From Epiperipatus broadwayi (lineage: Eukaryota > Animalia > Onychophora): a DNA stretch of 64,000 nt. The position numbers and the translations under genes are program-made. How positions within the stretch are numbered: position 1 is the stretch's first letter; the number at the start of each line of letters is the position of its first letter. The stretch covers positions 15,004,001 to 15,068,000 of the forward strand of contig JAQFVV010000007.1 in NCBI GenBank assembly GCA_028023455.1. Direction: 5' to 3'. Shown here piece by piece: positions 28,521 through 40,915 of the stretch. Under the pieces are notes generated by a model. The model was not told where the DNA came from. It saw only the letters and a list, made by a program, of their open reading frames with translations, and made no database searches.

Positions 28521-30664
28521 ATTTTGTACATATATATATATGTGTGTGTGTGCAAGCATATATAAAAAGTTCTTACCCAAAACTAGATAATATAAGCAGG
28601 ACAATAGTGTATTACAATCAAACATTGACATTTGATATATCAGTCATAGTTGTTTGACCATTATTTTGTATTTTCTTGCGTTTACATAATTTATTTCAAC
28701 ACCTTCAGATTTAGAATGGCATCATAATCTTTAAAAATAAAGAATTTACGAATATGTATATATTTCAACTTTAAAAACAGGTCATTAAATATTTCAGTAT
28801 AGGACAAATCATCTCCATGAAATGGGGATGATTCATTGGTCTTACCAATTGCTAAACAATAAGTTTTCTTATTGTTTTTTTTTCCTTTAGGCAAAAATAA
28901 TTAGATACCCATTTACTGATCAATCTTAGATTGTTTGAAAAAAAATCCGGTTACTTTAATTAAAAAAAAATTCTAAACTGACTGTAACGTAAAATATATA
29001 TATTTACTCATATAGGATTCGAACCCGAATTGTAAGCATGTCAATCGGATTCATTATGGCTTTAATACAGTGGGGAAGGACATTTTATTGTAACATGTAT
29101 ATGGAAAAACTATTGTTGTTTTTTTATACATTAGTTTATTTTTTTAATAATATAAGTACCGCACTTTGATTATATATATATTTTACTTTTTAAAAAAAAA
29201 ACTCGATAAATACTAGAGACAAAATAGAATTAAATAAACCTTGGGAATTTGATCTTAGAAGCTGCTAATGGGAAATTGGAAGACCAAAGTAAAGTGTCAT
29301 TACTGACTCAATTTCTTCAGATATGAAATTTCAAAATACGGACAGCTGTTTTCTTCCTCTAAATATTTTCATAACATATATTTAAAAGATTTCTCAGCTG
29401 TAGCTTTGGTTATTTGAGGCCTTTAAATAAACTATATCAGACACCCAGAACCGGGCTAAATACTTCAGCATCAATGTGAAGCCCATTATTTCGTTGTTTT
29501 GTTTTGTTTTTTTCGTGAAAAAAATAAAACCGACAGAAACCTTATGGTTACGCTGTGCACGAACGGCTAACTTCTGAATGATTTACAAAATCCATTGAGA
29601 GGAGGAAATAAGTTACAAGCCATCCCATTCAAACATCATATGTGATAAATTCCATAATGCAATTAGTTTCGGTCATTTTCTAAAAAGCAGACCGAAAGAG
29701 AAATGTAAGCGTCTGCATCTCTTAATATGGCATGGCAAAGTTGTTTTAAAATATTATTTACCGCTACTCTCTTCTGCAATTATTCGGAAATGCTTCTCAG
29801 AGGTTTAACAGGTGGGGGGAGGGGGTACAATAGCTTTCAATTTTTAAGATTATATATTAGAAAAAATAAGCATTAACTTTATTACTATAGAGTTATATAT
29901 AATTTTTAAAAAGCCACTAATTATATAATGACCTATTAAAGTTTATAGTAAATGTTGAGAAGCTAAAATAATTGGAATTAGGAGTTTGGAACACATGCAT
30001 TCATATTTAATTGTTCTTTTGTAATTCTACAAATAATATCTTCAAATTCCAAATATTAAATATGTTCATGTGTACACACACATGGGATTTATATGTTTGC
30101 ACATTTGTTTGCAAACATACAAAACCAGAAGCAGTCATTCTCAGATAAATACATTTTCAACTCCCCAGAAAAATATATATAAATACAAAGTAAAGCGTCC
30201 ACACACAGAAAACGCGGGTCCATTGTTTTATTTGTTTGATGTTTTGCGATTTATATTATCATCTCTTCTGTAAAAAAATGTTTTCTTCTCAAATACTTCA
30301 AAATCGTGTCTAATTATAACTTTCCGATATACTTTATCCTCTGCCATATTTTCCCTTGAAAACAATCAACACTGCACTTTATTAGAATGTTTTAAGATAA
30401 TCTTTATAATATAAGCGGAGTCTGTCTCACCCATGAAAAAAATGCTCAGGTTCAACATAATTAACCCTTTAGAAAATCTCATGCCAAATCCAATGAAGAT
30501 GTTATTTACAATAATAGACTCTATAGTATCACATCCAGCCAACTAAAAAATATATTGATCGTTTTATGATGCATTTTTACAATGTGGCATATATAGAGAG
30601 AGAACTAATTTATGACATGAGTTTATTCTATGGCAATGTCATTTGCTTATACAGAATATTTTCT

Positions 30665-31070
30665 ATATATGTAAAATGAGGGATTTGAACACAGGATTTT
30701 TCAGTCTATTTATCTTCCACTCTATCTCAAGCAACCGATACACATGATTACACACATGCGAAAAAGATAAATGTTGCCCGATATTTGTATGGTGCAGAAC
30801 CAGAACTCATCAGTTGGGCCAAATAGTATAAACCAACTGCTGATTGTATATATGTGTGGGTGATTATGATCTGCCCCAACATGATGATTGCTGGTTCTGC
30901 ACGGAATACATATATTGGAGATCATGAATTTTTTTTCACATGTATGTGTGGTCATGTGTATCGGTCGCTTGAGATACAGTGGAAGATGAATAGACTGAAA
31001 AATTCTGCGTTCAAATCCTTTTACTTACATAATTTTATGCATATTTTAGAATATACAGATGTGCGTTGTA
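30665..31070. mobile_element. Family B inverted pair with two decayed HHRs
   Basis: Minus-strand ccaaCTGATGAgttctggttctgcac (~30790-30817) and plus-strand ccaaCATGATGAttgctggttctgcacGGAAtacatatattgg (30876-30918). Arms are reverse complements. Confidence 0.8.
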
Positions 31071-32153
31071 AATAATTTTTACTTTAAAAATAACTTTTTT
31101 ATATAAGCATGGAGCATCATATTTATCTGAAATAATGTGAATTATCATAATAAAGTTGTTCTGTGAATATTTTTATATATATTTATAAATACAATTTTTA
31201 CTAATCAAGTCCTTTTTTTTACATTTGTAAAATTAATCATCTAAGTACTTTCTGTATTTATTAAATTAAATTTTTAAAAAAAAAATCTTTTAAATCTTTG
31301 ACCACACGGGGGACAGTGAGAATATTTTAACTTTTTTTTAAAAAGATGACCCAAAGTCCGTAAATGATGAATAATATATTTTTGCATTTCTCAATGGCAA
31401 ACTTTATATGCTTAATTTATTTACATTTATATAATTGATTTGAGCACCACCTAACATTAAACAACAGGAAATAGACTAGGGCATATATATATAAACAATT
31501 CAAACAATCTTTAAATCCGCAGAAGTACTTTCGGTTACTTTCAAACCTGTCTCAACTGCTATTAAATTCAAAAACTAAAAGCGGAAGCAAACGTCATCAA
31601 TTCAAATTCCACGAATCTCGTATTTTAATGTTAGAAGCTTGTCGATTTATCAAATGTGTTTTATTCCTGTTTATAAAAATTGCCTCTTTAATTTTTCTTT
31701 TACTATGGTTTCTCTCTTCATGAAGAATTTTCACATTTTCAAAATTAAATTTAAATTTATGTTTACATGTTTTTTCATGATCAAAGAAAACTGAAGAAGA
31801 TATTAAATCACCATTATTTTTATTTTTTACACGCTTATATAACAATTCGTGTTCCTTCAATCTTTTTCAATGTTGCACCTAGATTCACCTATATATGATA
31901 GCATACAATCACAAAAAATTTGATATATGACATTACTTTTTTGCTTGATAGGTATGACATCCTTAGAATTATTAACTAATTTGTTAATATTGTTTGGAAC
32001 GTAGAATGAAACATTGAATACATTCTTATATAAATCCTTAAAAAATTTTACTTGTGGATTTGAAATAAATGGAATAGATATCCATTTTTTATTATTAATC
32101 TTCATTTCTTTTAAATTATAATTTTTTTTAAATTGACTTAATGTATTGTTTAT

Positions 32154-32828
32154 TTGTTCCATTTTATAACCAACATCAAGCAATTCCTTGGCAAATATCT
32201 CAATATTTTTCTGAAAAATATTGAGATATTTGCCAAGGAATTGCTTGATGTTGGTTATAAAATGGAACAAATAAACAATACTTTAAGTCAATTTAAAAAA
32301 AATTATAATTTAAAAGAAATGAAGATTAATAATAAAAAATGGATATCTATTCCATTTATTTCAAATCCACAAGTAAAATTTTTTAAGGATTTATATAAGA
32401 ATGTATTCAATGTTTCATTCTACGTTCCAAACAATATTAACAAATTAGTTAATAATTCTAAGGATGTCATACCTATCAAGCAAAAAAGTAATGTCATATA
32501 TCAAATTTTTTGTGATTGTATGCTATCATATATAGGTGAATCTAGGTGCAACATTGAGAAAAGATTGAAGGAACACGAATTGTTATATAAGCGTGTAAAA
32601 AATAAAAATAATGGTGATTTAATATCTTCTTCAGTTTTCTTTGATCATGAAAAAACATGTAAACATAAATTTAAATTTAATTTTGAAAATGTGAAAATTC
32701 TTCATGAAGAGAGAAACCATAGTAAAAGAAAAATTAAAGAGGCAATTTTTATAAACAGGAATAAAACACATTTGATAAATCGACAAGCTTCTAACATTAA
32801 AATACGAGATTCGTGGAATTTGAATTGA
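32154..32828 (+). CDS. Penelope-like linker + GIY-YIG endonuclease (5'-truncated, no RT; first ~20 codons come from the mirror arm)
   Basis: DVGY...SIPFI...NNSKD...SNVIYQIFCDCMLSYIGESRCNIEKRLKEH...RKIKEAIFI...LINRQ. The mirror copy 31597-32270 is frameshifted. Confidence 0.88.
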   Translation: MFHFITNIKQFLGKYLNIFLKNIEIFAKELLDVGYKMEQINNTLSQFKKNYNLKEMKINNKKWISIPFISNPQVKFFKDLYKNVFNVSFYVPNNINKLVNNSKDVIPIKQKSNVIYQIFCDCMLSYIGESRCNIEKRLKEHELLYKRVKNKNNGDLISSSVFFDHEKTCKHKFKFNFENVKILHEERNHSKRKIKEAIFINRNKTHLINRQASNIKIRDSWNLN

Positions 32829-32865
32829 TGACGTTTGCTTCCGCTTTTAGTTTTTGAATTTAATA

Positions 32866-32906
32866 GCAGTTGAGGCAGGTTTGAAAGTAACCGAAAGTAC
32901 TTCTGC
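32866..32906 (+). ncRNA. Hammerhead-like motif with non-canonical U3 core (mirror at 31519-31559)
   Basis: gcag-TTGAGGC-a-ggtt tgaaagt aacc-GAAA-GTAC-TT-ctgc. Stems I and II pair and stem III is the palindrome AGTACT, but the core is aberrant. Confidence 0.5.
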
Positions 32907-34762
32907 GGATTTAAAGATTGTTTGAATTGTTTATAAACCGTTTAAAAATATTATTTCAATTATAATTACAATATTATTTTTAATTAACGGATATTTTTAT
33001 TTATTTTACATATATATATATACACCTAAGATGTGATATTTCCTTAATATGATAATGATGACCACCACATAGTCACTATTTGCAATATCTGGCTAAATCA
33101 CACGGAACATAAATTACTACCCATGAAATGGACATGGTATAAATATGCAGACCAGACAATATTACATTATTACTATCTTGGGGGAAAAAACCTTAAACAA
33201 TGTACTTTGCCCTAAACATGTTCAAATTGGTGCTACTGTGATCGACATTTGCACCATGAGAATAGATAGCATGATATGACTGTCTGAATCATGAATCATA
33301 TCTTTATATATTATAATTAAAATAAAGCAATCTAATTGACACATTCTTTTGATAATTACCAGATAGAAATTATTGCAAATAACTAACTGTAAAGGGTAAA
33401 TAGATACCAAATGATTTATTAATTAAAAGTTCATAAGAAGTTTGGATACCAGAAGTGCCAAAACCTCCAGAATTTGATACACTAACATGACACTAAACTA
33501 TGTATAGCATTTATGATCACATGACAAACATTTATTTACCTTTGTGCAATTCTTAGGCTTACAGTGTTACTACCTTAAACTCACTCTATTCATATCTGAA
33601 ATCAGTAGCGGCAACATATCATCTCATCTGTAAATATTTTACTTATAAAACTTATAATAGATTATTTTGGTAGTTACTAATGTTCACATGTGTATCGATC
33701 TCTACAAAGATTTTTGTCATTGTAATTTTTGTCTATAATCATATATCGTTTTTAATTAGTGAAATCTATAATGTTCCATTGCCTCATTTTCATTGAATGT
33801 ACTAATTGTCCTTGAGTTTACCAATTTTTAAATATTAGCAGTTTTTGACATTTGTACTATAATGTTCCAGCTACTCATAAGATAATAGTTTAACTCTACC
33901 ATATTTTCTTATAGATGTATGGATAACAATCTAACATTTGCTTCTTACAACTTATTTAGGATTTTAATTGTTAAAAAAAGTTACAGTGCTATGTATTTTC
34001 TATTGTGTGTTGCAGAAAGTAAAAATATATCATGCTAATGGTAGATAATTCTTTAATTTTGTCCAAATTTGTATTTCATGAAATAATAGCAAAAACTTAA
34101 TAAACTAATAGAATATCTGCAAACTGTTGTTAAGGCAAGTTCTATGGATAGAAAATTGATTCCTTCTATGAAGGTTGCCTTAACAGATGTCAGTTACATT
34201 TGAGACCAGCTCGCTAATGAAAAATTATAGTTTAGTATATAGTCTGTGTATATAAATATCATAGTCACTTTCAAGATTAATTGTGCAAAATATTAACATA
34301 TATAACTACAAATATGTCAGCAAAACAATATTTGCTGTCAAGTGGATAAAAGTGTTCTTATGTGGCCATTGCAATAATATAAAGTTGGTAAAAGATTAAT
34401 TAAAGTTTTTAAATAAATAAAATACATGAAATGTTAGAACAAAATAGAACAAGTTAAAGACTGTAAGATTTACCTAATCAAAACAAAAATAAACAACAAA
34501 TGAAATAAAATTTGATATTATGAGTTCTAATAAGTTGTATTTAAATTTAGTTGACTGTTTTTATCAATTTATACAAGTAAACTATTCCATATACTTAAAC
34601 TTGGTCCCCTCAAACTTTTTGTTTTTTTCTAAATATTCTTTGATGGTTTTTCTTGAATCTGTACAGGACTTTGGTTTTGCAAAAGTCTTTGTGAAGTGTG
34701 GTGTTTAAGAATATTTAGAGAAGCCACAGAGAATTTGAATAAATCAAATGCATTACTAAATG

Positions 34763-34971
34763 TATACTAGTCCGTTTGTGTGTGTAGAGCAATTGTCCTC
34801 AAAGCTGTAAATTGTTAATATATAAATAAACACGAATGAATATGCTTAATGCTTTTGAAGGGTCCAGCCTTCATAATCATAGCTTAACTGTTAATGAGGT
34901 TAATGATATGCAAATTTGTGTTGATTATGCTAGACATTCCATTTCCTTGATGAAGCATAGCATGTGTCCTT
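34763..34971 (-). mobile_element. Second copy of the 3' end of the 27217-27990 Penelope-like family
   Basis: Reverse complement of ~27760-27958, including ATGATTA-tgaagg...ccttc at 34844-34883 (G12 changed to A). Confidence 0.88.
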
Positions 34972-35829
34972 AGAAAGTGTTTAAATTATTATATATATGA
35001 AAATGTTATTTTTACACAAATTAATAAAAATCTTCAAATAAATTCAAATCTAACTAATCTGATCTAATCCCTCAAGTTTGAGTCTCACACTCTGCTTATT
35101 TTCATTTTTAATTTGATTAAACAAGAAGTCTAATCTATAACTTATTCTTTTTTCCCCATTGATTCCACATATCCTACTTTTTTCCACAATTCTTAATTAT
35201 TTATAACTTTATACATCTTCACAAATATCTTCACCCAATTGAAGGCAAATATTATTTTGCCAGATGTTGTTTATTGCATGTTTTATACTATATACAGTTA
35301 GTTATAAAAGTTCCTAAGAATTATAATACTTTTTGCTTATGAAAATCTTCACTTTAACACACACACAAAGATTTTTATAGATTTACAAATGTATTTATTG
35401 AAATGTAAATGACAATTACATATCCACAATATATATATATATATATATTCATAAAATTTTGTACCTCACTAATTTATCACTAAAGTGAAATTCCAAATTG
35501 AGATTTTGATAAATGTCTAATAGGTTATCTTTAATCAAGAGTTCAACATAAAATGAAGTTTGGTTTCCAAGTAAAGATATTGCTTTCATTTATTAATATA
35601 CATTACTAACAAAATATTTTGCATTGAACATCTCATAAAACAGCCTATTACAACTGCAATTATCAATTTAGCTTTGAATTTCAAGCTAGCAGTATTAATG
35701 AAGTATACAATTTTTAAAAAGTATATAAATGAAAATTCTGTCTCTCTATCAGAAATTATATTATCAGTGACCCAATTAAAAGTAAATTAAAGAACACTAC
35801 TTATGAAAAAACATACATGATCACCATTT

Positions 35830-36220
35830 CTTATGTTTACACAAACTGTTTACACAGAGGCTAAACTCTCCATACAGTAACTTGAATTGAAAACATTATT
35901 GTGTTTTCATTTTGCAATCAAAGCTTTATAGTTAGGTAATAAGATAAATGGTGGCTGCTGGAGGGTTGCATTAGATCATAAGATCTAGGTGTAGTGCTAT
36001 CAGATCCAAGGCTCCTCACTGATGAAAGCCACAAGTTAGAAATTAGTCTGGGAATATTGGATGAGTAGGCACTAAATAGGGATTTTATGCACAAATCTTC
36101 CTACATCCACTGATTACTCTGATTTGCACTGCTGGTGCTACTATATTGAGAGTTTAGCCTCTGTGAAAAAAATATAAGATAAAATAAAGAACATAGATGA
36201 TGGAAATACAAAAATAAGAT
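35830..36220. mobile_element. HHR-bearing repeat with a short inverted tail
   Basis: cacagaggctaaactctc (35853-35870) mirrors 36148-36165. Homologous to 16235-16385. Confidence 0.65.
36004..36062 (+). ncRNA. Type I hammerhead ribozyme (partly decayed)
   Basis: atccaa ggctcctca CTGATGA aagc cacaa gtta GAAAT ta GTC tggg aata ttggat. The sister copy at ~16255 has the palindrome ACTAGT. Confidence 0.7.
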
Positions 36221-36352
36221 TATAATGCTAATTAATATGTGTTTCAACATGATAGAGGTTAAACTATAAAATCTACTATTATTAAATCACATCTTTATTG
36301 GATTGAACATATAAGACTAATGTTTTCCTGAAGGTTTGTGATGATGGTGTTC

Positions 36353-36959
36353 TATTTGTATTTCTATATTAGACTATTTCCATCATTTAATATGAGTATT
36401 GAATGTCTTTAGAAAAATTTAACTTTTATTTAAATATTCCAAATACATTCAACTGTTAGTAGTAGTACATTAAACAGGTTAGTATATGCAAAACATATGA
36501 GAGGTATTATTCTCCCCTCTGTGTCAGGTGTTGCTTGCCTGACCAGTAACACTACTAGCATGGGATTTGAACCTGGACCCTGTATGAAAACCACTAATCA
36601 ACTTTGATCTTAGGAAAAAGTGGAGAAATCAGGAGGAACCTCATAAATAAGTATATGAAATTTCTACTGACTGTTGCCTTTGGTAGGATGGCTCTGTTGG
36701 TTACAGCATTACCTTAAAATTCAGGAATCTAAGGATCCAGGTTTGAAACATATGCTAGTATATCACTGGTCAGGCCAGCAGCACCTGAAGAAGAGGGGAG
36801 AATAATACCTCTTGAAATGTTGTGCTTATACTACCCTGTTTGATGTGCTATTACTAACAGTTGAATGTATTTGGTATATTTAAATAAAATAAAATTTTTC
36901 TAAAGACATCCAATATGCATATTAGATGATGGAAATAATCCAATATAAAAATACAAATA
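36353..36959. mobile_element. Family C tRNA-headed, HHR-bearing SINE-like repeat, inverted pair (copy 2)
   Basis: Arms ~36353-36580 and ~36735-36959 are reverse complements. A-box-like tggctctgttgg (~36689). B-box-like ggttcaaatcc on the minus arm (gggatttgaacc, ~36562). Confidence 0.82.
36780..36826 (+). ncRNA. Hammerhead ribozyme, family C
   Basis: agcac-CTGAAGA-agagg ggagaataata cctct-t-GAAA-tgtT-gtgct. 5-bp stem I; stem III is probably an ancestral ACGT. Confidence 0.7.
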
Positions 36960-37387
36960 ATATTTTTATTGCAGCATATTTTAGTTGTTCTCAATTTTAT
37001 TTAAAGAACAATACATGTAATTGATGATGTTATTTATTAGGGCAGTTTTTATTAGTAATTCTATCAAATGATGTAGTCAGCACATGTGTAAATGTCTGAT
37101 TACTATCTGATAGAATTAAAAAACAATACTAAGACATGCAGTATATTAAATTTCACACAAATTCTCAAGTTAAAATAATACAAATAAAAAACAAGAAAAT
37201 AAATAATCCATGGAATATGATTAAATTACAAATCCATTTAAATAGTTTTGAAAACTGGTGTATTAATAATAGTATAAAATAAATGATGCTATGTTGTATC
37301 ATATACCAAAAACTATACTATTTAATACAAATAATTACATAAATAACAGAAAAATTATATAAAATCTCAAGGATCTTAGAATAAATT

Positions 37388-38053
37388 TTGGTAGTAATAA
37401 TTCCTACAACACACACTACAATGAAATACAAAAAAAAAAGACAAACTTTAGCAAGAATTAACAGTTATAAATACCTTGATCAGATTATTAATACAGATGA
37501 AAACATAATGGATGAAATTAATCATAGAATTAAACTTGATTGGAGTGCTTTTGGTAGAAATAACTTGATACTAAAAGGAGATATGCCTATGTGTTTGAAA
37601 AGGAAGGTTTTTAATAAATGTGTTTTACCAGTTCTTACTTATGGATCTGAGACTTGGTCACTTAATAGAAGAGCAATACAGAGACTTCAGACCACTCAAA
37701 AAAGTATGGAGAGATGCATGTTGGGAGTAACAAGAAAATATTGAAAACACAATATATGGGTAAGAGAACAAACAGGTGTTACTGACCTCATTGAAAAAAT
37801 TAAAAGACTGAAGTGGAGTTGGGCTGGACATATTCCTAGAAGAGATGATAATAGATGGACAATTGAAATCTTAAACTGGATTCCAAGAGATTGTAAAAGA
37901 CCCAGAAAGAGATCGCATGTGAGATGGATGTATGAAATAAGAAAGTGTGCAGGGGTGATGTGGAGAAGAAAAGCTAAAGATCAGAGAAGATGATTGAACT
38001 TGGAGAGACCTTCATCCTGCAGTGGATTGATAATGGTTGATGTTGATGATGAT
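37388..38053 (+). pseudogene. RTE LINE ORF2 C-terminal remnant with (GAT)n tail
   Basis: YKYLDQ...EINHRIKLDWSAF...VLPVLTYGSETW...MERCMLGV*...LKWSWAGHI...RW. Confidence 0.92.
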
Positions 38054-38589
38054 TGAAAAATGGTAAAAACTTCATCAAACCAAAAATTGTTATTTAAAGC
38101 TTTGTTATTACCTGTGATGAACTTTGAAACAGAAATATGAAATAGAACTGATGTAGCAATGATGAACATGTTACAGAAAATATATAATTTCATTAAGTAT
38201 ATAAATACTAATTTAAAAAAAGTACTGTTTTTCATTTGTAAAACAAAGACAATTAAAAGATCTGATATTATTATATAATATTTTGCATGAGAACTTGAGT
38301 ATATCAAATTGTATAACTAAATTTAAATTTTAAAGACCACATATCATAATTAATAAAAATAACAATTACTAAAACCTAATATTTGTCCACCAATTACTAA
38401 AACTTTGTATTCAGAACATTTTACTTTATAAAGAATGATATTTGAAATACAGGCATTCTTCATATACCTGGAACTTAATTGTAAATATAGGGAATTTGAA
38501 CACAGCCTTTCAAGCACCTTTCAACTATCCACACTATCTCATAGCACAAATACCCATGACTATATGCATATAGAACAGATAAATAATCA

Positions 38590-38631
38590 CCAATATTCAT
38601 ATTTTGTGCTGAACCAGCCCTCATCAGTTGG
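38590..38631 (-). ncRNA. Family B hammerhead (G12 changed to A, probably inactive)
   Basis: ccaa CTGATGA gggctg gtt cagcac AAAA tatgaata ttgg. Confidence 0.7.
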
Positions 38632-39370
38632 TCCAGATCATTATCTCCCACATATGTATATAATCAGTGCTCCATTTTTACTAAGATAGCAAATCTTCAT
38701 AACTTAATGGATAGGCTTCAATTTACTCCAACCTCCAACTCTTCAGCTATCCATACCATTGAAAATCAGATGATGGAATGCCCAAATCCCATGCTGATGC
38801 CAATATTATTGTTATGCCCATGTTGGACCTCAAGTCACTCTGACCCCTCATGTATAGGACCTCATCCTTTTAAATACATAAAAAAGGGATGAGAAGGATG
38901 CAGGATTAATATGTAATATTGAAATGTAGGCATTCTTCTTATATCTGGAATTTAATTTTAAATATAGGGGATTTGAACACAGACTTTCAACCACCCTTCA
39001 ATTATCCACACTATCTCATATCACTGATACACATGATCATACACATATAGAAAAGATAAATAATCACCAATATATGCATATTACATTACACATTAAGCCT
39101 CACATCTTGTTCATCACTCTTCTATGTATTTAAATGGATAAGGTCCTATACATGCTGGGTCAGAGTGACTTGAGGTCAATATGGTCATAACAATAATATT
39201 GACATCAGCAGGGGATTTGGGCATTCCATCATCAGATTTTCAATGGGAGGAATGGCTGAAGAGTTGGAGGTTGAAGTAGATTGAAGCCTGTCCATTAAAG
39301 TATGAAGATTTGTTATCTTAATATAAACTGAGCTCTGATTATATATGTGTTTGAGAGATAATAATCTGGA

Positions 39371-39413
39371 CGAACTGATGGGTGCTGGTTCAGCATGAAA
39401 TACCATTATTTGG
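39371..39413 (+). ncRNA. Family B hammerhead (decayed)
   Basis: cgaa CTGATGG gtgctg gtt cagcat GAAA taccattat ttgg. Confidence 0.65.
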
Positions 39414-39755
39414 TGATTATTTTTCTACATGTTTATGGTCATGTGTTTAATAAGAGATAGTATAGACAGTTGAAGGGTACTTGAAAGTCGGTGTTCAAAT
39501 CCCCTATATTTATAAAGAATGAACAAATTATACAATTAAGTTGGAAATAGATATTTTATCTACATATAAAGCTAAATTTTTAAGCATAATAAAATCTATA
39601 CAAATAGTAAATACCAAATGCATATCTTTTATATTTTTATTATACTATTACCTTAGTTTCACTGTATATATGTATTATAATATAGATTATAGATTATCTG
39701 TCTGTAAATGGTCGGTGTATTTCAAATTGCATGAAAGACATAAATAGATTAAATT

Positions 39756-39860
39756 GTTATTATTATTATTATTATTACTACTACTATTACTATTACCACT
39801 ACTACTACTATTACTATATTTTCCTTCTCCTTCTTCTTCCTTATTATTACTATTATTATT
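39756..39860. repeat. (TAT)n/(TAC)n/(TTC)n microsatellite
   Basis: Directly visible. Confidence 0.9.
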
Positions 39861-40637
39861 AGCATGATTATACTGTTTTACGAGGGTTTGTTGGTGATAA
39901 TATTTAGATGGAAAATAATATTTAGATGGAAAAAAATTTCTGTGTTGGAATATTGTATAAAAAAAGTGTAGCAAAAAAAAAAAAAAAATAGTTTACCTTT
40001 TTTTTAACAAAAGTTCATAAGTTCTTGAAATTCGTGCAACACATGGAAAGGCATGGAGAAACCCTTAATTGATGTATTGAATAGCCTTATTGGAAGATAA
40101 TTGAAGATAAGATAATTACTTTCTTTTCACATAAATTATTTAAAGAATTCATTTTAAATATTTTTTCTTATTTGATTTTTTTTTTATATACTAATATGAA
40201 TTATGCTAATCTCATTATATAAATTAATAATTTTGAAACTACTAAGATTCCATTAAAATTCAGATCTATATTGCACTAAAGTCAGTCGTATTACATAATC
40301 TGTCAATTAAAATCATATGTAAGCTGTCAATTTTAAGAATCCATTTCTATAAAATATTGCTTAATTACAAATGCCACTTCTAAAAAGCTACTTTTGTCAC
40401 CGAGAATAGACCATCTAAAAATCTTAATTGATCTGGTATACTAGCTTTCTAAATGATTAAATTTTTAATGGATATTAGACATTAGATCTTATATGCTTTT
40501 TAGGAAATTTCTACTTTTGCCATGCAAAGGAGAAAAAAGATATTTGCGTAGTTTTCAAAAAAAGAAAACCAAAGAAACAAATTTGAGATAATCCAGGTTA
40601 TGTTTTTGTAATTCATGAATTACTTACTTACTCATGT

Positions 40638-40915
40638 ATATGTCTACTTAGCTATATGTCTGTCTGTTTATCTACCTATTTATCTATCTGTCTATTTTTC
40701 TCTCTATCAATATGTCTCTCTGTCAATTTCCATCTATCTATCTATTTGTCTATCTGTCTATTTAGTCATCTTCTGTCTATTTCTATCTCTCACTATCTAT
40801 ATCTATTTTTCTGTCTATCTCTATCTATCTGTTTGGTTTGTCTATTTTTCTGGCTGTTTATGTCCATATCTCACTATCTATACATCTATCACTCTGTCTA
40901 GCACCATCTATCTAT
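40638..40915 (-). repeat. Degenerate (CTAT/CTGT)n microsatellite
   Basis: Decayed GATA-type repeat on the opposite strand. Confidence 0.85.

Larger units (their letters stand above)
31490..33008. mobile_element. Penelope-like element forming a near-perfect 1.45-kb palindrome (centre 32212)
   Basis: 31490-32211 mirrors 32213-32935 with at least 2 substitutions and one 1-nt indel. The right tail continues to ~33008. Possible low-complexity TSD catatatatata at 31482-31493 and 33009-33020. Confidence 0.92.
38439..39508. mobile_element. Family B HHR repeat: ~1.3 x 477-bp monomers (minus) plus an inverted part (plus), 14-bp TSD
   Basis: aggcattctt at 38451 and 38928. TTTATAAAGAATGA at 38425-38438 and 39509-39522. 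HHR motifs at 38590-38631 (-) and 39371-39413 (+). Confidence 0.88.

Noticed and set aside
29013-29030. ggattcgaaccc (minus-strand B box) as a tRNA gene
   Set aside because: No matching A box or cloverleaf. No intact tRNA or rRNA gene was seen anywhere in the window.
31490-32935. Palindrome as a pure fold-back assembly artefact
   Set aside because: The arms differ by substitutions and an indel, the right arm is longer, a possible TSD exists, and older copies show the same geometry. It is not fully excluded without reads.
39256-39295. Second hammerhead in family B (CTGAAGA...GAAG..GTC)
   Set aside because: No stem II, GAAG instead of GAAA, and stem I is out of register.
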